Shown piece by piece: positions 1 through 11,410 of a DNA stretch of 64,000 nucleotides. The DNA comes from Schmidtea nova (taxonomy: Eukaryota): the NCBI GenBank assembly GCA_044892505.1, contig CM097883.1, forward strand, positions 151,652,001 through 151,716,000. Direction: 5' to 3'. Positions within the stretch are counted from its first letter, which is position 1, and each line of letters starts with the position of its first letter. Both the position numbers and the translations under genes were made by a program. The notes under the pieces are model-generated. The model was not told the DNA's origin, searched no databases, and saw only the letters and a program-made list of their open reading frames with translations.

Positions 1-7
1 ATAATAT

Positions 8-1080
8 TTATTTAATCAATTGTTTTTCAGATATCCAACTTGGAGTTTCATAGCCATGCCATTTAACGTAATATTGTTTATATTTCCCATCAGTTTTGGT
101 TTTTAAAATCTTTTGAATTCTAAAAACTGTGGGAGCTGGAATAACTTGAAGTTCTTGTTCGTAGAATTTACCCTCGATTACATTGTTTTCATGATCGGAA
201 ATAGTATACATGACAGGATTTTGATTAGTATCAACATTTGAGATTTGATATACTTCATCACTCCAATTACTATCAAAATTTTTGATGAAGGGAGAAGCAC
301 TGATTTTACTCATTCTCACATAATCGCCTACTTTATATTTTGGTTTTTTATTAATTGATTTTAATCTATCTTTTATCCATCCATCAAAATTATTATTTGA
401 ATATACATCGATAGGTTTCATTCTATTTAATCCCAAATGCGGTGAACGATTGTAACTGGAAATAATTTTCGGTAAAACATTTATCCATGTTTTGTTACCT
501 TGATACACAAAATACTTTTTCAAACGATCTCTTAATGTTAAAAAAGTAATAATGATTGAATAATGATTGAATAATGATTGATTCCTTTGATCACTTCTTT
601 TACTTTGCTGTTATAAAACTCTTTTCCTAAATTAAAATTAAATAATTAAAAAATTTAATTTAATTTCTTACCCAAATCAGTTTGTAAATTACGTGGCTTC
701 CCATCTTTAAATAAAGATTCAATAGCCTCAGCCATTTCATTAGCAGATTTAGTTTTTGTTGGAATAGCTCGTGCATAACGGCTAAAAACATCAATACAAG
801 TCAAAATATATTTGTAACCCTTGTTAATTTTAGAATAAGGAATCATTTCCATTAAATCCATTTGCCATAAATCGTTACCCCCAAAAGTTTTATATTTCCG
901 TGTAGGAAATCTTTTCAACATTGGTTTATTTAAACTATATGCCAATTGATCAGATAGCCATTTCTGAGTTTCATTCTTTGAACTTTTTATTCTTTTTGCC
1001 AATTTTTTGACTGAACCAAAACCATCGGGATCTTTTGGGTTTGTCCATATCGTTTTTATATTCTTCATGATTTTCTTCAT
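8..1080 (-). pseudogene. Polinton c-integrase (rve core + C-terminal chromodomain), one 45-bp intron, disrupted in exon 2
   Basis: WQMDL, LTCIDVFSRYA, LQTDLG|KEFYN across a GT-AG intron (671-627), and chromodomain-like YYVKWHGY..SWI. The ERFNRTL region is damaged near an 11-bp triplication at ~548-581. Confidence 0.88.
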
Positions 1081-1142
1081 TAATACAACAATTTGTTAAA
1101 ATATTTAAATCTATATTATGTTTATTCGGTTCAGAAATTTTA

Positions 1143-1472
1143 TTACCCATTTCTTAAAGATGAGATTGCGCTTATTGCTGATAATACTATTGGAATTAAT
1201 GTACCGAGAAACCCACCCTTTTGTTTATATATTATTTTTCGCATAAGATTTCTATTTTTGGTATTCACTAATGACAAAAGTGAATTTTTATGTTTTTGTA
1301 GTTCAATTTTCTTTGATCTACTAATATTTACATTACCATGAACAATATTAAAAACGATTTCAAGTAAATCATCAATAACAAAGGGTGGGAAAGCTTGTAA
1401 AATTGTCATTCGCTTATTTGTTGGAGCTTTAACCAAAGCATTAAAATACGGTAAACTACGTTCAAATTTCAT
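1143..1472 (-). CDS. Polinton small conserved protein (adenovirus pX-like), 109 aa
   Basis: C-terminal QKGGFLGTLIPIVLS: an xGG cleavage-like motif followed by a hydrophobic helix, as in Polinton pX-like ORFs. Lies between the ATPase and the integrase. Confidence 0.7.
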   Translation of the reverse strand: MKFERSLPYFNALVKAPTNKRMTILQAFPPFVIDDLLEIVFNIVHGNVNISRSKKIELQKHKNSLLSLVNTKNRNLMRKIIYKQKGGFLGTLIPIVLSAISAISSLRNG

Positions 1473-1502
1473 GATTAAAAGTTTTGTGTATATTTATTTC
1501 GT

Positions 1503-1664
1503 TTATAATTTTATCCACTTCTTTACTTGTTTCTTTCTTTTACCAATCTTTTTGACAACTTTTTTAACTAATTTCGATTTTTGATCAACTTTTTAAAGTA
1601 GTTTTTGATCAGCTTTTTGAACAGCTTCTTTATTTAATTTGACAATTACTTTTTTAAATGACAT
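1503..1664 (-). pseudogene. Small Lys-rich ORF (putative DNA-binding core protein) with one in-frame stop
   Basis: Manual translation MSFKKVIVKLNKEAVQKADQKLL*KVDQKSKLVKKVVKKIGKRKKQVKKWIKL; fills the gap between the ATPase and the pX-like gene. Confidence 0.4.
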
Positions 1665-1685
1665 TATTATTTCATTTATTTGTTT

Positions 1686-2309
1686 TCAATTTTGTTTATA
1701 AACCGTGACTCCTTTTTCGTTAAATATATCCGTTCGGGTACGTAAATCATCAGGACATTGTTGAGTAAAATCAAAGAATAAATATCCATGAGGAACTTTA
1801 GTAGCATCTTGAAATGAATTAATTAAGAATTTCCTATCATTAGGGTAAGCTTGTCTTGCTAGAAAATCAATAATTGTAGCATCTCTTGGGTTTTTGAATA
1901 TAACCAAGTATTGAACATTTAAATTACGAGTTCTGTGACTACCACCTTGATGAAATAAATTTTGAGTAATGAAAATTACAGTAACTCCTAAATGTCTACT
2001 AATTTTTGTGAATAAATTATTAAAATCTTTTTCTTTATTTGCTTCTTGGTACAAATCATCGATAATTATAACATCGCCTTGACGTAATCTAGATGACCAG
2101 TTTTTATCAAACCCTTTTATAATTGTCATTTTTAATTTACAGAATTGATCTTGAGTCAGTCCATGTTCTTCATCAGCTCCTCTATGCCAGTAAATTTTAT
2201 TGAATTTAGATTTAAACATTTTTGATTGCAACAATTTACATACAAATAATGTTTTTCCACTACCACTCGGACCCACTATTTGATAAACTGCATCATTTCT
2301 TAATTCCAT
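1686..2309 (-). CDS. Polinton DNA-packaging ATPase (A32/FtsK-HerA superfamily), 207 aa
   Basis: Walker A GPSGSGKT, Walker B IIIDDL, then ISRH, IFITQNLF and KNPRD motifs; uninterrupted ORF. Confidence 0.92.
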   Translation of the reverse strand: MELRNDAVYQIVGPSGSGKTLFVCKLLQSKMFKSKFNKIYWHRGADEEHGLTQDQFCKLKMTIIKGFDKNWSSRLRQGDVIIIDDLYQEANKEKDFNNLFTKISRHLGVTVIFITQNLFHQGGSHRTRNLNVQYLVIFKNPRDATIIDFLARQAYPNDRKFLINSFQDATKVPHGYLFFDFTQQCPDDLRTRTDIFNEKGVTVYKQN

Positions 2310-2380
2310 TTTTATTTAATTAATTAATTATTTTAATATTGTTTAATTTAATATTGTTTATATTTATTCAATTTATAAAA

Positions 2381-2863
2381 ATGATAAGTAATATTAATTA
2401 TAAGGGCAAGTGTTTAGTTCCAAACATGTTATTTCCTGTTGGGAAACACCAGCAAGTTATAGATAGGAGCGGGAAGTACCCTATTTTATTTTTCAGATCG
2501 GGAAAATGTCGCGTAATGGGTTGTAAGCAACCGTTAAAACCAGATGATTTGAAATATAAAATTTCCGATTTAAAAATTCAATCGATCACTATAACACTGG
2601 ATATGGGTAAATCCATAAATTTATACGAATTGCAAAATAAAACAGAGTGCTGGTACGAACCCGAAATATTTCCAGCTTTGAGATTAATAAATTATAACCC
2701 AATTTGTATTAATATTTTTTCAAGTGGAAAAGTTGTAATATTAGGAATTAAAACATTGGATTATTTTAATCAAGTAAATGAAATTAAAAATTATATTAAT
2801 TCATTAATCAATAACGAATTAATTGATGAAAAATATCTCGATTTATTATTTAATTTTGTTTAA
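2381..2863 (+). CDS. Divergent TATA-binding protein (TBP)-fold protein, 160 aa from ATG 2381
   Basis: Two TBP-like repeats: ISNINY...LFFRSGKCRVMGCK and IQSITI...YEPEIFPALRL...IFSSGKVVILGIK (canonical TBP: YEPELFPGL, IFxSGKVVLTGAK). Confidence 0.85.
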   Translation: MISNINYKGKCLVPNMLFPVGKHQQVIDRSGKYPILFFRSGKCRVMGCKQPLKPDDLKYKISDLKIQSITITLDMGKSINLYELQNKTECWYEPEIFPALRLINYNPICINIFSSGKVVILGIKTLDYFNQVNEIKNYINSLINNELIDEKYLDLLFNFV

Positions 2864-2898
2864 ATAAATTGTTATTTTACAAATCCATATTTTTGAAA

Positions 2899-3287
2899 AT
2901 GTCTAAAAGTAAGTATTATTTTTAATTAACTATATTATTATTATTATTTTTTATTTAGCTTATTTATTTGAAGTAATCCTGAAGAAAATTCAAGAATTAT
3001 ATCCAAAAATAAAAGACTCTTTGGATTACTGTGCACCAGAGTTATTGGTTCATAAAATATACAAGCTTACTGGAATCAATATGGAACAATTGCTTGAGAT
3101 TCACTATGATATGGTTCTTGGATCAAATGCTAAATGCATTGAAAATTGCATAGTTTGCAATGATTCACTGAGAGTATCCTGTGTAAACGGATGTGCATGC
3201 TGTCACGATTTTAAAAGAGATCATTCGGTGCATATCTTAATGTCAGAAATGCGTAAAGCATATTATAACGACATTTATAATTTATAA
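2899..3287 (+). CDS. Spliced Cys-rich small protein of unknown function (exons 2899-2908, 2959-3287), 112 aa
   Basis: ATG TCT AAA A|gtaagt...tttag|CT gives an open frame joining the 3021 ORF. Cys cluster CIENCIVC...SCVNGCACCH. A homologous copy lies at ~16518-16715. Confidence 0.65.
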
Positions 3288-3305
3288 TAAAGTTTTGTGA
3301 TTTAG

Positions 3306-4170
3306 TTGTTCTTTATTTCAAAATTTTTCATAGTTTTTTCTAAGTTTGTTATTATTATTTTAAAAATTTTTCTAAGTTTTTTCAAAGTTTGTTATTATTA
3401 TTATTTTACAAAAATTTTTCTAAGTTTATTCAAAGTTTGTTATTATTTTTATTTTTCTAAGTTTATTATTATTATTATTTTAAAAATTTTTCTAAGTTTT
3501 NNNNNNNNNNNNNNNNNNNNNNNNNNNNNNNNNNNNNNNNNNNNNNNNNNNNNNNNNNNNNNNNNNNNNNNNNNNNNNNNNNNNNNNNNNNNNNNNNNNN
3601 NNNNNNNNNNNNNNNNNNNNNNNNNNNNNNNTTCAAAGTTTATTATTATTATTATAATTATTATTATTATAATTATTATTATTATTCAAACTGAACCGAA
3701 AATATAAAAGTTTATAAAAATAAATTAAAATAAATATAAATTAATTTAAATAAATTAAAAATAAATATAAATTATTAAATATAAATTAATTAAAATAAAT
3801 TAAATATAAATTAAAATTAAAATAAATATAAATTATTAAAAATAAATAAATTAAAATAAATTAAAAATAAATATAAATTAAAATAAATAAAAAAAATAAA
3901 TTAAAATAAATTAAAAATAAATTAAAATAAATAAAAATAAATTAAAAATAAATAAAATAAATAAAATAAAATAAAGACTTCATTTAAACAAAATAATAAA
4001 TTAAATTGACTTCATTTAAACAAAAAATTTAAATTTAAAAAAATCACTTCATTTAAACAAAATAAAAAATTCACTTTATTTAAACAAAATAAAAAATTAA
4101 AAAATTTCACTTTATTTAAACAAAAAAAATTTTTTAGGGGGGGTAAAAAATTTTTTAGGGGGGAGGAGGG
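3306..4170. repeat. AT-rich tandem arrays of the Polinton terminal repeat region (includes N-gap 3501-3631)
   Basis: Repeated ttttctaagttt...attattatt units, aaataaattaa tracts, several cacttcatttaaacaaaa-like units and G-runs next to the terminus. Confidence 0.65.
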
Positions 4171-4202
4171 GTCCTGTTCTTGGGCGCTCCCCCTACTCTA
4201 CT

Positions 4203-4982
4203 TACCTGATATAACAGAAACAGGCGAATCATCCGATGTACTTGTAAATAGTGACACTCACACGATTTCCTCAACTGTCATAGCGGATCCGTTATTTATA
4301 GACTTGCAAAAAAGAATATCTTCCATTATGACAGTTCCAAGCCCGAAAGACATTTCCAAGGAATCATTGCAGTTAAATAAAGATTTCAAATCATTTGAAT
4401 CTACCAAAGAACTTACGCCAAATCTAGAAAAATTATATAAAGCATTATTAACGATTAAACCCACTTCAACTGCAAGTGAAAGTGTATTTAGTGTTGCTAA
4501 TAATTTTTGCACCAAAATTAGAAATTCTATGCACCACAATACACTTGATGCGTTAGTTTTCTTAAAATATTATTTTTTAAATAATATATAAAAAATGTGT
4601 GTGATATTTTATTTTAAAAGTAATAAGTATTGTAAATTTCTCTTTTTCTTACATTTTGATATTTTTGTTCATTATGATGAATTTTGTTGTATATTTTTTA
4701 CAATGTACGTATAACTTCTCTTGTTCACCGACTTTGAAAACAAAAATAAAAGAATTATTTCCTCTTTACGTGTTTCATTACCTATTTATATTTATTGATT
4801 ATATCTATTTTTAAACAATCAAACTATTAACATATAATTTTAACAAATTTTAACATTTTTTTTAATTTTGCAAATTACTTACTTGATTTTCTGAGGATGG
4901 TTTTAACCGGTTAACCGGTTTTTGATACGTAAAATACCCGAAAACCGGTTTGTGCTTTTCCTCCGGTTATTTAGATGCCCTA
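4203..4982 (+). mobile_element. hAT DNA transposon 3' fragment (dimerization domain + right terminal repeat)
   Basis: LLTIKPTSTASESVFS...IRNSM hATC motif, subterminal AACCGGTT repeats, and terminus ...TTAGATGCCCTA (TAGGG-type TIR) at 4982. Confidence 0.8.
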
Positions 4983-6832
4983 GGTGAAGGTGTTAAAGTT
5001 GATGAAGCTAAAATCGAAGCAATAAAAGGGTTTCAAAGACCAAAATGTTTAAAACAATTAAGGAGTTTCTTAGGACTATGTAATTATTACAGAAAATTTA
5101 TAAAGAATTATTCAAAATTTTCACGAATATTAGAATCGATGTGTGGAAACAATAAAGACAAATTAGTTTGGTCACAAGAATGTGAAGAAAGTTTTGAGGA
5201 ATTGAAGAAAGCATTAGCAACTACACCTGTTCTAACATATCCTGATTATAAGAAAGAATTTATTCTGGATACAGTTGCTAGTTTCGACACCATAGGAGCT
5301 GTTCTGCCACAAATTGATGATTTAGGTAATGAACGTGTTATTGCCTATGGTTCACATACGATGAGTAAACATGAAATAGGATACTGTATCATGAGAAAGG
5401 AACTTCTAGCAATTTATTACTTTGCACAGCATTTTAAGCCTTATCTTTACGGAAAGCGATTCCAGCTAAGAACGGACCACAAAGCTATAACATTTATGAT
5501 GACAACTAAAAAGCCTATAACAGCACAATTTCAGACATGGATAAACTTCTTGAGTAGTTTAGATATGGATATTAAATATCGAAAAGGAACGGACCATTCG
5601 AACGCTGATGCGTTATCGAGAGATAAATGTGGGAGATGTACTCAGTGTATGGAAATTCATAAAGATCCAAAAACAGAAAAAGTAAAAACCAGATTGTTGG
5701 CAATGACAGCTGCTAAATAAGGATTTCAATGGCAAAAAGGTAATGAAGAGATAGAATTTATGAGAAAAACAATTAATAAAAATGAGACTACAAGATTTAA
5801 AATCGACGAAGATTTAATTTTAACAAGAGAAAATAAAATTTGGATTCCAAAAGAAAATAGAATTGAATTTGTGAAAAGCATGCACAAAATGTTGTGTCAC
5901 GCTGGGTGTAAGAAGGTAATCGATTATATTAAAGTTAATTACGATATGGAAGAATTAAATACAATCGTGACTCAATATATACAAAGTTGTGAAATATGGC
6001 AGAAAAGAAAAACTTTGACAACAAAAACAAAAGAAATAATTGTAAAAACAGAAGTTGTGGAACCTTTTGAAGTTAAAGCGATAGATTTTTGTGAACCTTT
6101 ACAGACGAACATTCATGGAAAAAAATATATTTTGGGAATTATTGACATGTGTAGTCGATACATTTCGTTAACAGTAGTTGCAAAACAAGATGAAAAAACT
6201 ACAGCGGATACTATTATGAAATTCTGGATATTAAAATATGGGGCACCTAGAATTATTCAAGTTGATTGTGGCAAAATATTTGAGTCTAACTTGATAAAAG
6301 AGTTGACAAAGAATCACAATATACAGCTACAATTTTCGAGCCTTTATCATCATAATACTAATGGTTTGATTGAAAGACAATTTCGAACAATACGAAATTT
6401 TATCAGTGCGTCATTAAAAGACAAACTTAAGAGGAATTAAGTTGAAGTATTACCTGAAATCGAATTTACTTTAAATGCAACTATTCAAAGCACAATTGGA
6501 AAGAGCCCCTCAGAAGCAGTATTTGGTTTCCGGATATCTAGAGAATGTAACAATAATAATAGAAGATACAACGATAGAAGTAAAATAGTGGACGAAATAC
6601 AATCAAAACAAAGAAATTTAAGTTATAAAAATGAGAACCAGATACACCGAAAATTTGATATAAATGAAGAAGTTTTGGTTAAAATAGATGTGAGAAAAAA
6701 TGAGGAAGACCGATATATCGGACTTTTACGGTTGTTAGAAAGATACATGAGAATAGCTATGAATTACGAGACAGAGAAGGAAAAATGATGGTGCGCAACA
6801 TTGAATGGCTAAAATCTTTTCAACAATGGGTA
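4983..6832 (+). pseudogene. Ty3/Gypsy pol 3' part (RT connection, RNase H, H2C2 zinc finger, integrase) with in-frame stops
   Basis: LRSFLGLCNYYRKFI, RKELLAI, RTDHKAI, HSNADALSR, HKMLCHAG, IIDMCSRY, QVDCG, NGLIERQFRTI. Confidence 0.92.
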
Positions 6833-7038
6833 TGTTAGGGATATTGAATTAACTAATTTATAAATAACATATATTGTATTATAAGTAATCAAATTTAGTA
6901 TATAGTCAAATTATTATAAGTATAGATGCTAGCACGCATAATTGTCGTTATTATTTAATTGATTGATTCGCCATTTTAAATTTGTTCGAATAAGACAAAT
7001 TATTACGGAAGCAGTTTTTATTTGAATATAATTTAACA
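6833..7038 (+). repeat. 3' LTR of the Gypsy element (~206 bp)
   Basis: Bounded by TGTTA...TAACA inverted termini, immediately downstream of the integrase end. Confidence 0.65.
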
Positions 7039-7949
7039 ACAACCAATCTTTAATTATTAACACATGCTATATGTGAATATTGAATCAAATTTTCAACTTT
7101 TAGTTTAAGTAATAAGCATAAAATCTTTTCTTTTACATAGACTGATATGATTGGCCTACGTTGATTCACAACCTAGACACTCTACAACGTTACGCTTGAG
7201 TGATTGCAAATATCATCTACAGATCGCTTTTAATATTGACTGATTTCTTTAGCATTCCAATCGCTTCCGATTCATCAATCCCTTCCACTTGTGTTAGATT
7301 TACCGTTGGATATATTGTTAGTCAACCATGACAGGATACATTTTTTCTGATTTTATTTGTATTTGATTTACATTAATGATTTGATTTACAGTAATTATTC
7401 TTAAATATTTGTTTCATTGATTTATATATTTTAAATTATTACATAAAGAAGTAGAATAAATTTGTTATTTTCATCATTTTCTGTTATTTCATGGGGTTCT
7501 ATTATCGCCTTTTGTGAAGCGTGAAGGTACACAGAGAAGATAAAAAATAAAAAATAGTCGATTTCATCGACCTATACTTCGTTATGATCTTTATACGAAA
7601 GATTTGTTCCCTCACTTCCTTAGGAATCATTATTAATTATTGTGGATGTGCTCAAACTTGCTCACGAGACTCTTTCAACATACTCCTCGCATTCTAAAGT
7701 CGTTAAAATTCGCAACAAAATTTTCTCTCGGATGTAATGTGTTTTGGTGAAATAATATTCATGATATTGACTTCAGCTTTCGTCATAATACATAAATTCG
7801 CGACTACACAAATATTCTTAGTTATCTTTAGTATTTATCGACATCCGTTAAAATAATTCACTGTTCTTTTTTATATGTCGTGTGTATATATAGAATTTGT
7901 TCTAATATTTAAAGGAGCTTTAATTTGAAAAAAAATAATAACTGTTGCT

Positions 7950-8340
7950 TCCATTTAAAAAGGCAGTCATCTTTCATTGTCAATAGAAAACAACTGGAAG
8001 GTTGTCCATATCTCAATTCTGCATTAAGCAGTATCGGTTAAGCGTGTATGAACCATTTCTCTGACTTTAAGTTATAAGTCTCAATTGCACTTTCAATATC
8101 ATCCTTGTAGATTCCAACAGCTGCTCTCATGAACATGTGTTGTGGTCGTCCTACGACCTTGTCAGCGATTCCTAAGAGATAAGACCTTTTCAGCGTTTCA
8201 AATCCGGAATAATCAATAGTACTGTCTAGAGTTTCGGCATTTTTCATAACGTTCTCATAGATATCATCTGCAATGATGGTATTTTATGACTGGTATTGAC
8301 ACTTGGTCCATGACATAAATCATAAATAACGTCTGATTTA
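7950..8340 (-). pseudogene. RRM1: Ribonucleotide reductase large subunit fragment
   Basis: [41 protein letters not shown]...SSCFLLTMKDD match eukaryotic R1. Contains a stop, a frameshift and a small deletion. Confidence 0.88.
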
Positions 8341-8344
8341 GATC

Positions 8345-8804
8345 CATTTCTAATTTGTGTTTGCCTTTCTTGATTATCAGAAAGAGAAGTTAGATCGGTT
8401 TTCTTGAAGATAATGACATTGACGAGCGATATTTGTCTGATGCATTCATTGATATCCTCATTACTGTCCTGCAGCTCTGCAATCTGAGATTCAACCTGAA
8501 ATCCATCTATAACAGTCTCTATTCCATCTAGATATAAATCGCAGTAAAGACGTTCATCCAACAAAAACAATGCAGCAATAGTTCCAGGATCTGCTAGTCC
8601 GGTTGTTTCAATTAATATATAATCAAATTTTCCACGCCTTTTCATTAAGTTTTCTAGAGCTTTCACGCCAACATCTTTAATTGAACAGCACAAACAACCA
8701 TTTAAAAGCTCTAGCCATTCTTCATATAGAGCTCCTGAAGCTTTTACATCATTTATTTTAATACAAGATCCATATCTTTTAATAACATATATGAATTTAA
8801 ACAT
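8345..8804 (-). pseudogene. CBWD: COBW-domain zinc-chaperone GTPase (CBWD/ZNG1) internal fragment
   Basis: LYEEWLELLNGCLCCSIKD, FDYILIETTGLADPG and KKTDL (G4-like). The N-terminal Walker A region is absent. Confidence 0.88.
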
Positions 8805-11410
8805 GTTGAATCCCTAGTAATTCAAAATTTAAAAAATTGCACTCAAATTTAATTTTTAATTGTAATTTAAAATCTTTACAAAAGAATCAAATCCAATTTC
8901 ACAATTTAAAACAAAACAAAATTTCATAAGAATTCATAATTGTTTTATATATATCCAATGTAAATAAAAAAGTTTTTATTATTATGAAGTTTTTTAATTT
9001 CTTAATTTTTCTTTTAATTTTAACTTTTTCTTTTCTTTACGATTTAGATTTATTGTTGTTCCTTAGGAAATTGACTCAAAATTTAAAGTCATTTCCTAAG
9101 TTACTAAATCACCTAAGGTCAGGTGGAACAAACTGATCAAATCCTCAACAATAACACTTTAAGAAAAGTAAATTCTTTAGCATAAAAATCTCGCGGATGA
9201 ATCTCCGGCCGTTCTATAATATCTTCGTGAGTATAAAGCTGGACTTCGATATCGTGTCGACAGCATGGGGTTGGATAGTTCAGGAGAATCCATTTCAAAC
9301 TTGCGAACCCACACTGACTACTTACATTACAACAAAATGGGATAACACAGCGAGTTAACGACTCGGAAGGTTAAGAAATTTGAACAATAAAACAAGTTTT
9401 CATTTTAGTTCTTTAAATGATATTAATATCAATCGAGATTTCATTGATCCTTTTCCAGAAAACATTTATTCTTCCACAACAATAGAATAGAAATTGACAA
9501 AAACAGCCAATGTATTCACCGGTTCCAAATAAAATAAAATAGGACGAGCAAAGTAATCAGACCGACATACCTTGTATGTATGGAAAGATACCATCTCTCC
9601 AAAAATTTGGTAAGCGATGCGCCTCAAATGTTCTGACTCTGACTGGTAGAGCTCTTCCTACTTTTGAAATAAATATTTTCAAAATTTTCAGAAAGAACCT
9701 CGATTCTTCGTGAAAACTTCTCAAATTCTCAAAAGTGTAAACTGATAAAAATGACATCTTTATTTATACTATTTTCAGAGAATTTAATTTAAATGATGCA
9801 GTAAAACAACTGCTTCTAGAATGTTCTTTTAATTTAATTTTAAAGTTAAATATTTAATTTTTACTAAAATAAATTTATATTTATACAAAAAATTTTATTG
9901 ATTACTTTATTAATTTTATTTTTTTCAAAATTTTATTTTTTACATAAATTTTTACATTTAATTTTAATTTTTAATTTTACAATTTTCTTTTATATTTTTT
10001 ACATTTATATCAATAAAATTAAAATAATTAATTATATTTTTTTGCATTTTTATATTTACCTAATTCTTTAACAGCGCCGGCTTTAGGCATAGACGACATA
10101 GGCAGCTGCTTAGAGCGGCATTATTTCAGGGGCAGCAAAATTATGAATAATATAATTATGAAAAATTAAAATTTAAAAATATTTTTTAAGTTATGAAAAT
10201 TATTTATCGTGCTTCGTGCTACTAATATCACTTTTTACGATGCCACTCGCGCCCCATAATTTCATCATTTTCGAAAAATTGAATTTGAAGAAATGTAGAA
10301 TAAAATAAGTATACAATTATGCTTGAAATCGCTCAAAATGGAGGCGGCAAATTTAATTTTTTTAAATCACGTGACACGTGGTTTAACACTCTAACTTAAC
10401 TTATTACACCAATATTTTGGTCACTTCCGATCAAAGATGTCTGCATGGGTCTGTCAGTCTGCTTTTTAATATAGGTATCACTATTTCTTTATTTTTTAAT
10501 ATTTTAATTTCATTGAAAATATCGGAAAATAAATATAGTTATTGATTAATAAAAATAAAATCGAAAATTAGTTACAGTTTCATTAACGTATTTTCTAATT
10601 TTACAGATTTTATCCATCATGGACAAAACTAACATGGGAAAGCGCACCCGTTTATCTGGAGCACAATATATAAAGAAAATGAATGCAAAAGAATCGTTCA
10701 TAGAATCACAGAAAGGATCTATTTTTATATTTTTAGGAAGAACATATCACCACCGGAATCAAATGTAAGTGATGTTGATTGCAACATGACGTGTTCTTCA
10801 GCAAAGGTTTCACAGTTTCAATTCATTCCTAAGATATTTTCAACAAAATACGAGATTTACGACATTAATGTCATTGAAATGGCAGATGCTCAGGCAGTGC
10901 AAAAAATTGAAGATCTTACTTATGAACATGAACATGAAAATTTGAATTTAACAAAATTAGATTCAGATATAATGGATGATCTTGGTAAATGGCTAGATAT
11001 AACTGATAATATTAGTTATTTTCTTATTCAGCATGATCCAAAGCAGATCAAATTAGAGTCTGATTATCCAAAAGATGAAAGTGGAAGACAATTTTCTAAT
11101 TACTACTATACACGCAAACTGGCTAACGGAGAAACTTTTAAAAGGCCATGGTTGATGTATTCCACGTCAGTGGATAAGGTATATTGTTTTTGCTACAAAA
11201 TAACATGAGTAAATCTGCTTTAGCAACACATGGCAGTTGTGACTGGAAAAATATGACAAGTATATTGCAGCCCCATAAAAAATAAACAGATCATTTAAGC
11301 AGTTAACATGATTGGAAAGAACTGAAAATGAGGATTGCAAATAATAAAACCATTCATAACCTGAATCAGCGCTTTATAAATAGTGAAGCAAAACATTGAA
11401 AAGATGTATT

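Larger units (their letters stand above)
1..4202. mobile_element. Polinton/Maverick (adintovirus-like) element, terminal portion; continues beyond the window start
   Basis: Chromodomain-bearing rve integrase, pX-like ORF and A32-like ATPase clustered together. A long AT-rich tandem-repeat terminal region (3306-4130) ends on the minus strand in 5'-AGTAGAGTAGGGGG at 4202, where a hAT transposase reading frame begins. Confidence 0.85.

Noticed and set aside
3306-3707. 133-aa ORF and the three ORFs at 24488-24772
   Set aside because: Produced by N-gaps (3501-3631, 24548-24730) and low-complexity sequence.
4130-4165. Telomere-like TTAGGG
   Set aside because: Only two TTTTTAGGGGGG runs, not a tandem array; better explained as Polinton subterminal sequence.
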